Shown here: piece after piece, positions 46,049 to 57,700 of the stretch
Layout of the letters: each line of letters opens with the position of its first letter
How positions within the stretch are numbered: the stretch's first letter is position 1
From: Eledone cirrhosa
Taxonomy: Eukaryota
Length of the DNA stretch: 64,000 nt
Assembly (NCBI GenBank): GCA_964016885.1
Contig: OZ024743.1
Span: 275,652,001-275,716,000 of the forward strand
Direction of reading: 5' to 3'
The notes under the pieces: generated by a model
What the model saw: only the letters and a program-made list of their open reading frames with translations
Told to the model about the DNA's origin: nothing
Database searches by the model: none
Made by a program: the position numbers and the translations under genes

Positions 46049-46314
46049 ATTTAAATGTATTCTATTTTCTCCTAGTTTATTTTACACCTAATTCTGTTTA
46101 ATTGACTGTATCTGGGCGATTACGCTGTCGAAATATTCGATAAATATTCCGTTGCGGCCGACGCGAAGGGCTAGTTTCGGGTATTTGTTGGAGATTTCTT
46201 CATAGAAGCCTCATTCTTATAGCCTGGTCTATTCGATTTTTTATATAGTTAATTATGCTAATTGGGAGAGGAAATGGTATATATTTTATCTTGTGATTTT
46301 ATAGACATGTTTTA

Positions 46315-46383
<69 letters not shown>

Positions 46384-46412
46384 AAAGAATAGAGGTGTAA
46401 CACACAAGTTAT

Positions 46413-46998
46413 TATATATTGGTAAACGGAATAGAAAATGCTGACAAATTGTTCACAGTTGAAAAATGGTTTAATTAGTAATAAAAGAGTATTAGTGATT
46501 GTATGGGTTAGTTAGTATTCAGTTGTGGTTTTAAGTTTTTAAGTTTTTACCGGTTGCGCATTTCTAAATGCTTTTCAAAAATAATTTTGACCAAAAATTG
46601 TTTTGACCAAGAATTTTTGCTGGAGCCACTTTTTTAACATAAAAACAGTCTTGGCGCAAAATCAACTTTTTACATTCACATGACCTCTACCGACCAATCA
46701 AAATTGTTTTGACCACAAGCACTTTTGCAACACAAAAATAACGCTGAAGCCACTTTTTTAACATAAAAACAGGTAGAATTCCCAAAACTAATCAAATCAG
46801 AGCAAACAGCACGGACACTCTATCTCAAAATTATTTTTGAAAAGCATTTAGAAATGCGCAACCGGTAAAAACTTAAAAACTTAAAACCACAACTGAATAC
46901 TAACCCATACAATCACTAATACTCTTTTATTCCTAATTAAACCATTTTTCAACTGTGAACAATTTGTCAGCATTTTCTATTCCGTTTACCAATATATA
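46413..46998. mobile_element. Element with ~175-bp inverted arms between (TA)n tracts
   Basis: 46413-46590 is the reverse complement of 46825-46998 (one 4-bp indel and about one mismatch by eye); the spacer has internal direct duplications. Confidence 0.8.
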
Positions 46999-47005
46999 TA
47001 TATAT

Positions 47006-47583
47006 ATATCTATGATCTTCGGCAAATCACTGATGAGGGACGTATTTTATTACATGTTACCATGTGCTACCTGCAGTATTTTTCTCTATATTTTAATACA
47101 TATATTTACCACTGCGATTCTGTGTTTTTTTTCTCTCTCTCTTACTGTTCCCCCATTCTCTCTGTTTCTCCCCCTCTGTCTTGTCCGTTAACTCTTCCTC
47201 ACACTTTCACTCACTCACTGTTTTTCTCCCTCTTCTCTTCATTTCATCCTGCACTCACGGACGCTATTTTTTCTCTCTCTGCTCAATGGCCTTCGTTCGT
47301 GCTGGCACTATTCTCTAAGCGCTCATATATTCACCTAGCTTACGCTAACAGAATAATTTTTGAAGCTTGTTTCTCTCCCACGGTATGCTATATTTTCTGT
47401 TGTTCCCCTGTCTCACTCGCTTTACGCGTTTTAATTGTCCTAATAACTTATTTTGGTTATTATTGCACCGAAGTGAGATATATGATTTTTAATGCAATGA
47501 AATATCTATGATCTTTGGCAAATCACTGATGAGGGACGTATTTTATTACATGTTACCATGTGCTACCTGCAGTATTTTTCTCT
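47006..47583 (+). mobile_element. Element with ~80-bp direct terminal repeats containing CTGATGA (496-bp period)
   Basis: ATCTATGATCTTYGGCAAATCACTGATGAGGGACG...GCAGTATTTTTCTCT at ~47008 and ~47504; (TA)n on both sides. Confidence 0.7.
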
Positions 47584-47588
47584 CTCTC

Positions 47589-47693
<105 letters not shown>

Positions 47694-47796
47694 ATATATA
47701 TGTATATATTTATGTATGTATGTATATATATATGTATATATTTATGTATGTATGTATATATATATATGTATATATTTATGTATGTATATATGTATG

Positions 47797-47834
<38 letters not shown>

Positions 47835-47845
47835 CATACATACAT

Positions 47846-48172
47846 ACATGGCTTAGTGGTTAGAGCATTGGCCTTGCAATTGAAAGGTTGTGAGTTCAAT
47901 TCTCAGACCGGGTGATGTGTTATTTCCTTGAGCAAGACACTTTATTTCACATTGCTCCAGTTTACTCAGCTGTAGAAATGAGATGATAGGGACTGGGTTC
48001 CATATCATTCCACTGCAAAGTGGTCGTGGAGGTACCACAGCAAAAAAGCACCCACCACTCACTGTAAATGAAGTTGGTGTTAGGAAGGGCATCCAGCTAT
48101 AGAAATCAAGCCAGTATCAGTTCCCGTCCCACCCTTGCAAGCAGGGAAAAGCGGACGTAAAATGATGATGAT
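47846..48172 (+). mobile_element. SINE family B
   Basis: tRNA-like head, CORE-like region, RTE-like tail ending in (GAT)n. Confidence 0.9.
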
Positions 48173-48255
48173 ATATTAAAATACAAATATTAATAAAATA
48201 GATGTTCTTTTGATTAAATCTTAACCATTTAATATCTCAGGGTATGTCATGTATC

Positions 48256-48318
48256 ATTATATTTTGTCTAATGAGGACGTACTGTTGTACCTCCGAAATA
48301 TGTATAATAAAATGTAAT
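48256..48318 (+). ncRNA. Hammerhead-like motif with a core mutation (CUAAUGA)
   Basis: Stem I ATTATATTTTGT/ATAAAATGTAAT (12 bp with two G.U), stem II GGAcGTAC/GTACcTCC, GAAA, AT-rich stem III, AUA triplet; G5 replaced by A. Confidence 0.6.
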
Positions 48319-48336
48319 TGATCAAAAGAACATCTA

Positions 48337-48367
<31 letters not shown>

Positions 48368-48371
48368 GTTA

Positions 48372-49503
48372 TTCCTTGAATCTCAGTCATTGATGTTGGT
48401 TAACTGGAAAGTCCGTTGGATTGAATATCAAGCCACTACCTGCAGCCTCAGATATTCAGGACGTATCGGAGGGTTCTTGCTGTTCCAAGCAAGCATGCCT
48501 TTTGAAGCGTTCCAAAAAGCGTGAAGGGGCCAATTTTCTTTAACCATCCCTGGAAACTTTTGGAGATAGTCCCCAGTGCGCCTATGACAATCGGGATCAC
48601 TTTGACTTCATGGCAGTTCCAAATCCTTTTCACCTCCCACTTTAGGTCCTGGTATCGGTTAATTTTCTCCCTCTCCTTCTCTTGCACTCTCGTGTCGAAC
48701 GGGCAGGCCACATCCACAATCAGGCACGATCTTTTTTCTTTGTCCACAACCACCAGGTCAGGTCTATTGTGTTCCAGTTTTTTGTCCGTCTGTATCCTAA
48801 AATCCCACAGCACCTTCACCTGATTGTTCTCCATCACCGCCTCTGGCCTATGCTCATACCATTTCTCAGAATGTGGTAAATTGTTTACTTTGCACAGGTG
48901 CCAGTGGATCACCCTGCCCATCACATCGTGTCTCCAGCCCTTATAGTGGGTCTGGGCTAGGTGTTTACACTCGGACACAATGTGAGCCACAGTCTCCTCT
49001 CTCTCTTCACAGATCCTGCACAGTGGGCTAGCCTCCTCCTTGTAGATATGGTGCTTCAACCACTTCGTTTTGAGGGCCTGCTCCTGCGCAGCCATTAGCA
49101 TTCCTTCTGTAGCCTTTTTGAGGTCTCCTCTTCTCAACCAGTTCCATGTCTGTGGATCTCTAAATTCAGTTTTCTCAAAGAAGGTACTATGAAGGGATTT
49201 TCCCTTAAGGCTGCTCTTCCTCCTTGATGTTATTTCCTCCTTGGACATCCCCTGGCCTACTGTCCCCTCCTTCAGTACAGTTCTGAGCATTGGCTCCTTA
49301 CTATAGGTCACGTATTTGTATAGGTTGTTTTTCTCCATCTGAACACAGTCCTCTATGCTGATAAGACCTCTTCCACCCTCAGATCTCCTTAGGTAGAGTC
49401 TATCGACATCACTCCTCTTGTGGAACATGTTGTAGACAGTCAATAGCTTCCTAGTCTTCCTATCCATTTCTTTTTGTTCAGCAACATTCCATCTCAGAAT
49501 TCC
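48372..49503 (-). mobile_element. R4/Dong-like non-LTR retrotransposon, 3' part with restriction-like endonuclease
   Basis: ORF 48448..49467: RLYLRRSEGGRGL, CCHC knuckle CRIC..ETVAHIVSEC, RHD, RPDLVVVD..DVACP..EKINRYQDL; (TAA)n on both flanks. Confidence 0.9.
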
Positions 49504-49549
<46 letters not shown>

Positions 49550-49656
49550 ATTTGTATTTTAATATTAATAACTCTGGAAAATTATTTATACGTAGAGTGC
49601 TTCCAATCTTCTGTAAAACTCATTCTTTGATATACTCATTGAATCTTGTTTAACTC

Positions 49657-49689
<33 letters not shown>

Positions 49690-49691
<2 letters not shown>

Positions 49692-50410
49692 TTACAGAAA
49701 GAGGATTCACATAGCTGATTAGGGATCAAATTAACCTAGATGAGATGCAGTTTGGATTTGTGTTTGTGTTGGGTAAAAGTACCATTGATGCTCTCTTCCT
49801 TATGAGGCAACTTCAGGAGAAGTACCTAGTTAAAAGTAAGCTTCCCCACTAGTTGGCATTTGTTGACCTGGAGGAAGCATTTGACAAAGTCCCCTACTCC
49901 ATAATCTGATGGGCTATTGGAAAACTAGGGGTAGATGAGTGGCTTGTAAGGGCAGTACAGGCTATGTACAGAGGAACAGTCAGCAAGGTTGGGATTCATC
50001 AGCGGTGTTTTCTTAGTCCTCTCTTAAAGTCAACTTGACAAAGACTAAAGTCCTAGTAAATAGAAAGGAAAACAGGGCCCTGATACCTTCTTGAAAATCC
50101 TTGTAAGGTGGTCATGTTGGTGACATGAAAAAAAGCACCCAGTTCGCCCTACAAAGTAGTGGCCATACTGGTGACAGAATGAAGAAAAGCACCCAATCCA
50201 CCATGTAAGATGGTTGTTTTGGTGCCATGTTAAAAAGCACCCACTCCACAACATAATGCGCTTGGGGTTAGGAAGAGCATCAAACTATAGAAACAAAGAC
50301 AAAATACAGATTCGTATGAACTAGACATGGCCACCTGACTTGACTAGACTCATAACATGACAACCCATCTAACCCATGCAAGTATTAAATATTGATCATG
50401 GTGATCATGA
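49690..50410 (+). mobile_element. Old degenerate RTE fragment
   Basis: LDEMQFGF, RQLQEKYL, AFVDLEEAFD readable; deleted middle; 3'UTR remnants. Confidence 0.85.
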
Positions 50411-51029
50411 TATATAGAAGTGGTAGTGGTAGAGATGCAGAAGTGGTAGTGGTAGAGATGCAGTAATATTAAAGATAGCATTATGATGAAAATGTTGGTG
50501 GTTACAGTGGTTGTAAGCAGTCCATTTGGTAGAGTCATTAAAATGTTGGATAGAAAATGCTTCGTGATATTCACTTCAGCTTTTATTACTCTGAGTTCAA
50601 ATCCCACCATGGTCAACTTTGCCTTTTATCCTTTCAAGGTCAATAAAAAAAGTAACAATCTGATACTAAGATTATTCTCTCTCTCTCTCTCCTTCTCTGG
50701 AAGAAATCAACTGTGTTCAGACATGGAAATGGGGTAGGACTTTACCAGGTCAAAATGCACCCCCTCCCCCACTGAATGTCATGACAATGCACCGACGACT
50801 CCACCAGGAGTTATGGGTCCATAAGGATAAAGACAGTGATTGTAGTAAAGAAAGACATTGGTTAGAACACAATTACTACTAATAATTGTTACCACTACTA
50901 CTGCCGATGATTAGGATGAAGATGATGATGATGATGTTAACAATGATGATAATACAGAAATTTAAGAGAATCTATTGTGCAACATTAACAAAAAGTATAG
51001 AATTTTGTTGCATTATGAATATGGAATTT

Positions 51030-51217
51030 GGGCGGTGGATTGGCAGTATCGGTAGAGGGTCGGGCGCCATGCTTTCCAGCACAGTTACGTCCCTTTACGA
51101 TCTGAGTTCAAATCCTGCTGAGGTTGACTTTGCCTTTCATCCTTACGGGGTCGATAAAATAAAGTACCAGTAATGCACTGTGTAATTGCTGGCCTTGTGC
51201 CTAAAGTAGAAACAATT
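51030..51217 (+). mobile_element. SINE family A (full length)
   Basis: Same as 4323-4511; AATATGGAATTT repeated on both sides as a probable TSD. Confidence 0.9.
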
Positions 51218-51461
51218 ATAAATATGGAATTTAACTATAAATATTTGTTATAAGAATATTACTTACAATGGTAACATTCCTAAAGTAATTTATTGAAATA
51301 GTTCAGCCAATATTTGACTGGAGGTCACATCTAGTGTATATAATTATCTAATGTTTAGCAAAAATATGGAAACACCCACTTGTTGCTATATTAGTAAAAT
51401 GTGTCTGACCCCTTAAAGCATCTTAAAAATGTTTCAGTATTGTAAATGAAAACATATTTAA

Positions 51462-52053
51462 CCCTTTTGATATCAAACTGCCTGAGACAGCTTGGTTCTA
51501 TGATACAAAGCTATTTATTTTAATGTGTTTATTTATCTGAAAACCTCCTGAAAACCTTCTATTTTATGTAAGGCGGTTTTTAAAGCTATGTTTCAAGCTT
51601 AATAATTCCAGAAAATCAGAAAAACAGTAGCCTGCTTGAGGAGGAGGCCCCTTGGGGTGGGGTGGCTGCTACAGCGAGTCTTTCTGGCTATTCTCTGTGT
51701 ATAGAGTAATGCTTTTGCCATTTTGTCCTCAGAGCAAAACTGAAGCACCACTCAGATTGGGGTGTAGTATTTGTCCCTCCCCCACTCCCTTTCTTTTGTT
51801 GCTTGATCCTTTTTCTTCTTTTCATTTCCTTTCTTTTCTTTCTTTTCTGTTCCCTTTAAAAGTGTGTTTTGGTTTTATTAGATACTGCTCAATAAATATT
51901 ATGTAATTATATCCTGGAAATAAAAGTTTATTCAGTATAAAAACCCCCCAAAAATGATAATAATAAAGAAGTTATTTAACTAAATCCCTCTAACTTCTTG
52001 GTTATTTTCAAAATTATTTCAAAATTATAGGCAGAAATATGGTAATGGAAGAG
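51462..52053. mobile_element. piggyBac-like MITE (old)
   Basis: TTAA-CCCTTTTGATATC...GGTAATGGAAGAG-TTAA; related ends near 24820, 27370 and 62808. Confidence 0.45.
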
Positions 52054-52453
52054 TTAATGATTAACACATTGAGAAAAGTTCAAATATTTTCAGGCATGGT
52101 GATGGGGGGAAGTGGGGCAGGGATAAAGGAAAATAGTTCTAGTCTACTGAACCTTGTACACTCTCCCTCCTGCTAACCAATCACTCCTTTGGGTGGAAAG
52201 TTCCCTTTTGTCTTTCAAGACAACTTCCTTCTCCAGTGCTCATGTTGTGATAAAATGAGTTCAGTACACTGTGTAAACTAATTGGTATTAGGGAGATCAC
52301 CCCACATGAGACATAGTCCTCCAATTCAACTAACAGAGAGGTAACTCCAAATAAGAACTGATGACAACACATGTCTCAATTGGAAGCAGATGAAAAATGG
52401 TGATAAAGTGATGATGATGTATATATATATATATATATAAATATAACTATATA

Positions 52454-52746
52454 CTGTATTTCCTGGCGTCGAAGACGCTACTTTTTTCCTAAAATAAGTC
52501 TCAAAAATCTACCATGCGTCTTGGAGGCCGAAGGATGTTTATTATTTCTTACGATGAGTTCAAATCCAGCCGAGGTTAACTTTGCCTTTCATCCATACGG
52601 GGTCGATAAAATAAAGTACCAGTAATGTACTGGATAATTGCTGGCCTTGTGCAAAAGTAGAAACAATTATTTCTTTTCAAATTTTTGGTTGTCAAAATTA
52701 GGGTGCGTCCTCGGGGACAAATCGTCTTCGGTGCCGGGAAATACAG
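52454..52746. mobile_element. pogo/Tigger-like MITE with a nested SINE A fragment (52553-52669)
   Basis: TA-CTGTATTTCCTGGCGTCGAAGACG...CGTCTTCGGTGCCGGGAAATACAG-TA. Confidence 0.8.
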
Positions 52747-53911
52747 TATGTGGTGAGTAATAATAAAAATTACCCAGTTACAAGTATGAATATAGCTCGA
52801 TGTAATATAACAAGTATAATACAGAGCCAAAATACAATGTAAATAATAATCAAAGAGTATTTAATATTTCAAACATTTAATAACTAACGATTGTTTCATC
52901 CTAGCACAGAAAACTTGGATCAAGGTTGTATGAGTTCTCTCCCTTGCTTCCTGTTCATGCCCTGAACACACTTAAAGGGAGTTTCAGTCTTAAAATTGTG
53001 AGGATAGTTTCAGTTGATTGAAGGTTTTCCTACTTGCCATATTCAGAATATGTGATACTCTTTGTATATATACATTTCATGTAGAGCATTGACCTCAGGC
53101 ATTTTTTACCGCTGCCCTTTATTCTCACACATACACTCCCTCTCTCTCTATACACACACACTCACTCACACACACAGAGTCACTGAGTGAAAAAGAGAGA
53201 GAGAGAGAGAGACCGACCGACCCTGCACCAAAGCTAAACAATCTTGCAGAAGACAAAACATCAGAATTGTCAGAATTACAAATTATATATAATCTTCAGG
53301 TCAACATTATTGTGAATTAACCACATAGAAACGCGTTATGCATTGTCGTTATTTGTTGATATTCATTATATCATATAAAATTTAATTTACTACCTCAAAG
53401 ACATAGATCTGCATATCATTCAATGAACAAATCGACTGAGGCATATTTCATTAGTTCATTAATTTATTTGATTGAAATATAGCTAACGATGTTAACAGTT
53501 TTTTTCTTGGCTTCGAGATTTATTCAATTAATAAATTATTTTGTTTAGAAAAATTCAGTTGAAAAATTAATCAGAGGAAAGAAATAATAACATTTATTAT
53601 GATGGTGGTGGTGATGGTGGTGCAATTATAAATGCTTAAAGTGTTGTTAGTGTTATAATTGTTGTTGGTGGTGGTGGGGATGGCAGAATCATTAGCGCAT
53701 TGGACAAAATACTTGTGTTGTTTGTTCTGGCTTTTTTACATTCTGAATTCAAATCATGCAGAGGTCAACTTTGTCTTTTATCATCCTGGGACCGATAAAA
53801 TAAAGCACAAATCAAGAACTGGGGTCGATTAGATTAACTTGCCTTTCTCCCCCCCCCCCCCGCCTAATTTCTGGTTCTGGGCCTAAATTTGACACTATTA
53901 TCAAGGAAAGA

Positions 53912-54240
53912 AAACGATCCCCTTCGGTGATGACTAATCATTGGTTATGCCGCCATAACTGAGTATGGGGTTGCATCTCTGAGGTACAAGCCTGGGCAAG
54001 GTGATCTGTGGAAGTTCCTCTTTCCATGAGACCAATATTGTCCAATGGCTGATAACATCAATGTTGCCACAGCTCAATTATTTAATTTTTTTTTTTTTTT
54101 TTTTTGCAGCTGAGTGGACTGGAGCAATTTGAAATATAGTGTCTTGCTCAAGGACACAGTGTGTCACCCAGTTTGGAAATCAAACTCACGATTTTACAAT
54201 GATGAGCTGAACACCTCAACCACTAAGCCATACACCTTTA
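53912..54240 (-). mobile_element. CORE-like SINE with another tail
   Basis: GTGTCTTGCTCAAGGACAC and AACCACTAAGCCA (reverse complement of head and core); the distal part differs from families B and C. Confidence 0.65.
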
Positions 54241-54707
54241 CAAACTATTAGATAGTAGTAGTAGTAGTAGTAGTAGTTGTTGTTGTCGTTGTCGTTGTTG
54301 TTGTTGTTGTCGTTGTTGTTGTTGCTTTTTGTTTGCTGTTGTTGTTTTACTTGATCTTTCTAACCTGTTTGAAATGGTGAAAATGGATGATGGTAAGAAA
54401 GGGAGGAGTAGGAGTGAGGGGGGGGGGGGAATAAAAAGAGGGAAGGTGGGGTAGGAAGAGGAATGGTGTGAATGTTGTACTTTTTGTTATTTAATTATGC
54501 AACTCTACTTGTGAGTATAGAGCCAGTTTAATTATTGTTAACAGCGCTGACTCAGTGAAGTGTCACCTGAATAGCTTGTTGTCACGGCAACCTGTCCTTC
54601 TCTTTGTCTCTTGTTTCTATTAAAATATTCAGTTTTGGGGTGAAATGAACTAAAATTAAAGAAAAATACAAATAGCTTAAGCAAGTAATAATTGGTAATA
54701 ATATGTA

Positions 54708-57700
54708 ATGGTGTAGTGTAGTAGTGTGGTGGAGTGGTGTGGTGTAATACTAGTGGAGTGGTGTGGTGTAATACTGGTGGAGTGGTGTAATACTGGTGGA
54801 GTGGTGTGGTGTAATACTGGTGGTGTGGTATGGTGTAATACTGGTGGAGTGGTGTGGTGTAATACTGGTGGAGTGGTGTGGTGTAATACTGGTGGTGTGG
54901 TGTGGTGTAATACTGTGGAGTGGTGTGGTGTAATACTGGTGGAGTGGTATGGTGTAATACTGGTGGAGTGGTGTGGTGTAATACTGGTGGAGTGGTGTGG
55001 TGTAATACTGGTGGTGTGGTGTGGTGTAATACTGGTGGAGTGGTGTGGTGTAATACTGGTGGAGTGGTGTGTTGTAATACTGGTGGAGTGGTGTGGTGTA
55101 ATACTGGTGGTGTGGTGTGGTGTAATACTGGTGGAGTGGTGTGGTGCAATACTGGTGGAGTGGTGTGGTGTAATACTGGTGGAGTGGTGTGGTGTAATAC
55201 TGGTGGAGTGGTGCGGTGTAATACTGGTGGAGCGGTGTGCTGTAATACTGGTGGAGTGGTGTGGTGTAATACTGGTGGAGTGGTGTGGTGTAATACTGGT
55301 GGAGTGGTGCGGTGTAATACTGGTGGAGCGGTGTGCTGTAATACTGGTGGAGTGGTATGGTGTAATACTGGTGGAGTGGTGCGGTGTAGTACTAGTGGAG
55401 TGGTGTGCTGTAATACTGGTGGAGTGGTATGGTGTAATACTGGTGGAGTGGTGGGGTGTAGTACTAGTGGAGTGGTGTGGTGAAATACTGGTGGAGTGGT
55501 GTGGTGTAATACTGGTGGAGTGGTGTGGTGTAATACTGGTGGAGTGGTGTAATACTGGTGGAGTGGTGTGGTGTAATACTGGTGGAGTGGTGTGGTGTAA
55601 TACTGGTGGAGTGGTGCGGTGTAATACTGGTGGAGCGGTGTGCTGTAATACTGGTGGAGTGGTATGGTGTAATACTGGTGGAGTGGTGGGGTGTAGTACT
55701 AGTGGAGTGGTGTGCTGTAATACTGGTGGAGTGGTATGGTGTAATACTGGTGGAGTGGTGGGGTGTAGTACTAGTGGAGTGGTGTGGTGAAATACTGGTG
55801 GAGTGGTATGGTGTAATACTGGTGGAGTGGTGTGGTGTAATACTGCTGGTGTGGTGTGGTGTAATACTTGTGAAGGGGTGTGGTGTAATACTGGTGGAGT
55901 GGTGTGGTGTAATACTGCTGGTGTGGTGTGGTGTAATACTGGTGGAGTGGTGTGGTGTAATACTGGTGGAGTGGTATGGTGTAATACTGGTGGAGTGGTG
56001 TGGTGTAATACTGCTGGTGTGGTGTGGTGTAATACTTGTGAAGGGGTGTGGTGTAATACTGGTGGAGTGGTGTGGTGTAATACTGCTGGTGTGGTGTGGT
56101 GTAATACTGGTGGAGTGGTGTGGTGTAATACTGGTGGAGTGGTATGGTGTAATACTGGTGGAGTGGTGTGGTGTAATACTGGTGGAGTGGTGTGGTGTAA
56201 TACTGATGGAGTGGTGTGTTGTAATACTGGTGGTGTGGTGTAATACTGGTGGAGTGGTGTGTTGTAATACTGGTGGAGTGGCGTAATACTGGTGGTGTGG
56301 TGTGGTGTAATACTGGTGGAGAGGTGTGGTGTAATACTGGTGGAGTGGTGTGGTGTGGTGTAATACTGGTGGAGTGGTGTGGTGTAATACTGGTGGAGTG
56401 GTGTGGTGTAATACTGGTGGTGTGGTGTGGTGTAATACTGGTGGAGTGGTGTGGTGTAATACTGGTGGAGTGGTGTGGTGTAATACTGGTGGAGTGGTAT
56501 GGTGTAATACTGGTGGAGTGGTATGGTGTAATACTGGTGGAGTGGTGTGGTGTAATACTGGTGGAGTGGTGTGGTGTAATACTGATGGAGCGGTGTGTTG
56601 TAATACTGGCGGAGTGGTGTGGTGTAATACTGGTGGAGTGGTGTGGTGTAATACTGGTGGAGTGGTATGGTGTAATACTGGTGGAGTGGTGTGTTGTAAT
56701 ACTGGTGGAGTGGTGTGGTGTAATACTGGTGGAGTTGTGTAATACTCGTGGTGTGGTGTAATACTGGTGGATTGGTGTGGTGTAATACTGGTGGAGTGGT
56801 GCAGTGTAATACTGGTGGAGTGGTGTGGTGTGGTGTAATACTGGTGGAGTGGTGTAGTGTAATACTGGTGGAGTGGTGTGTTGTAATACTGGTGGTGTGG
56901 TGTAATACTGGTGTAGTGGTGTGTTGTAATACTGGTGGAGTGGTGTGGTGTAATACTGGTGGTGTGGTGTGGTGTAATACTGGTGGAGTGGTGTGGTGTA
57001 ATACTGGTGGAGTGGTGTGGTGTAATGCTGGCGGAGTGGTATGGTGTAATACTGGTGGAGTGGTATGGTGTAATACTGGTGGAGTGGTGTGGCGTAATAC
57101 TGGTGGAGTGGTGTGGTGTAATACTGATGGAGCGGTGTGTTGTAATACTGGCGGAGTGGTGTGGTGTAATACTGGTGGAGTGGTGTGGTGTAATACTGAT
57201 GGAGTGGTATGGTGTAATACTGGTGGAGTGGTGTGTTGTAATACTGGTGGAGTGGTGTGGTGTAATACTGGTGGTGTGGTGTAATACTGGTGGAGTGGTG
57301 TGTTGTAATACTGGTGGAGTGGCGTAATACTGGTGGTGTGGTGTGGTGTAATACTGGTGGAGTGGTGTGGTGTAATACTGGTGGAGTGGTGTAGTGTAAT
57401 ACTGGTGGAGTGGTGTGTTGTAATACTGGTGGTGTGGTGTAATACTGGTGGAGTGGTGTGTTGTAATACTGGTGGAGTGGTGTGGTGTAATACTGGTGGT
57501 GTGGTGTGGTGTAATACTGGTGGAGTGGTGTGTTGTAATACTGGTGGAGTGCTGTGTTGTAATACTGGTGGTGTGGTGTGTTGTAATACTGGTGGAGTGG
57601 TGTGTTGTAATACTGGTGGAGTGGTGTGGTGTAATACTGGTGGTGTGGTGTGGTGTAATACTGGTGGTGGGTGTGTTGTAATACTGGTGGAGTGAAGTGT

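Noticed and set aside
46160-46220. Minus-strand CCGAAACTAG as a hammerhead
   Set aside because: The CUGANGA box and U16.1 are missing and stem II does not pair.
53290-53345. GAAACGCGTT hammerhead-like 3' half
   Set aside because: No upstream CUGANGA on the same strand.
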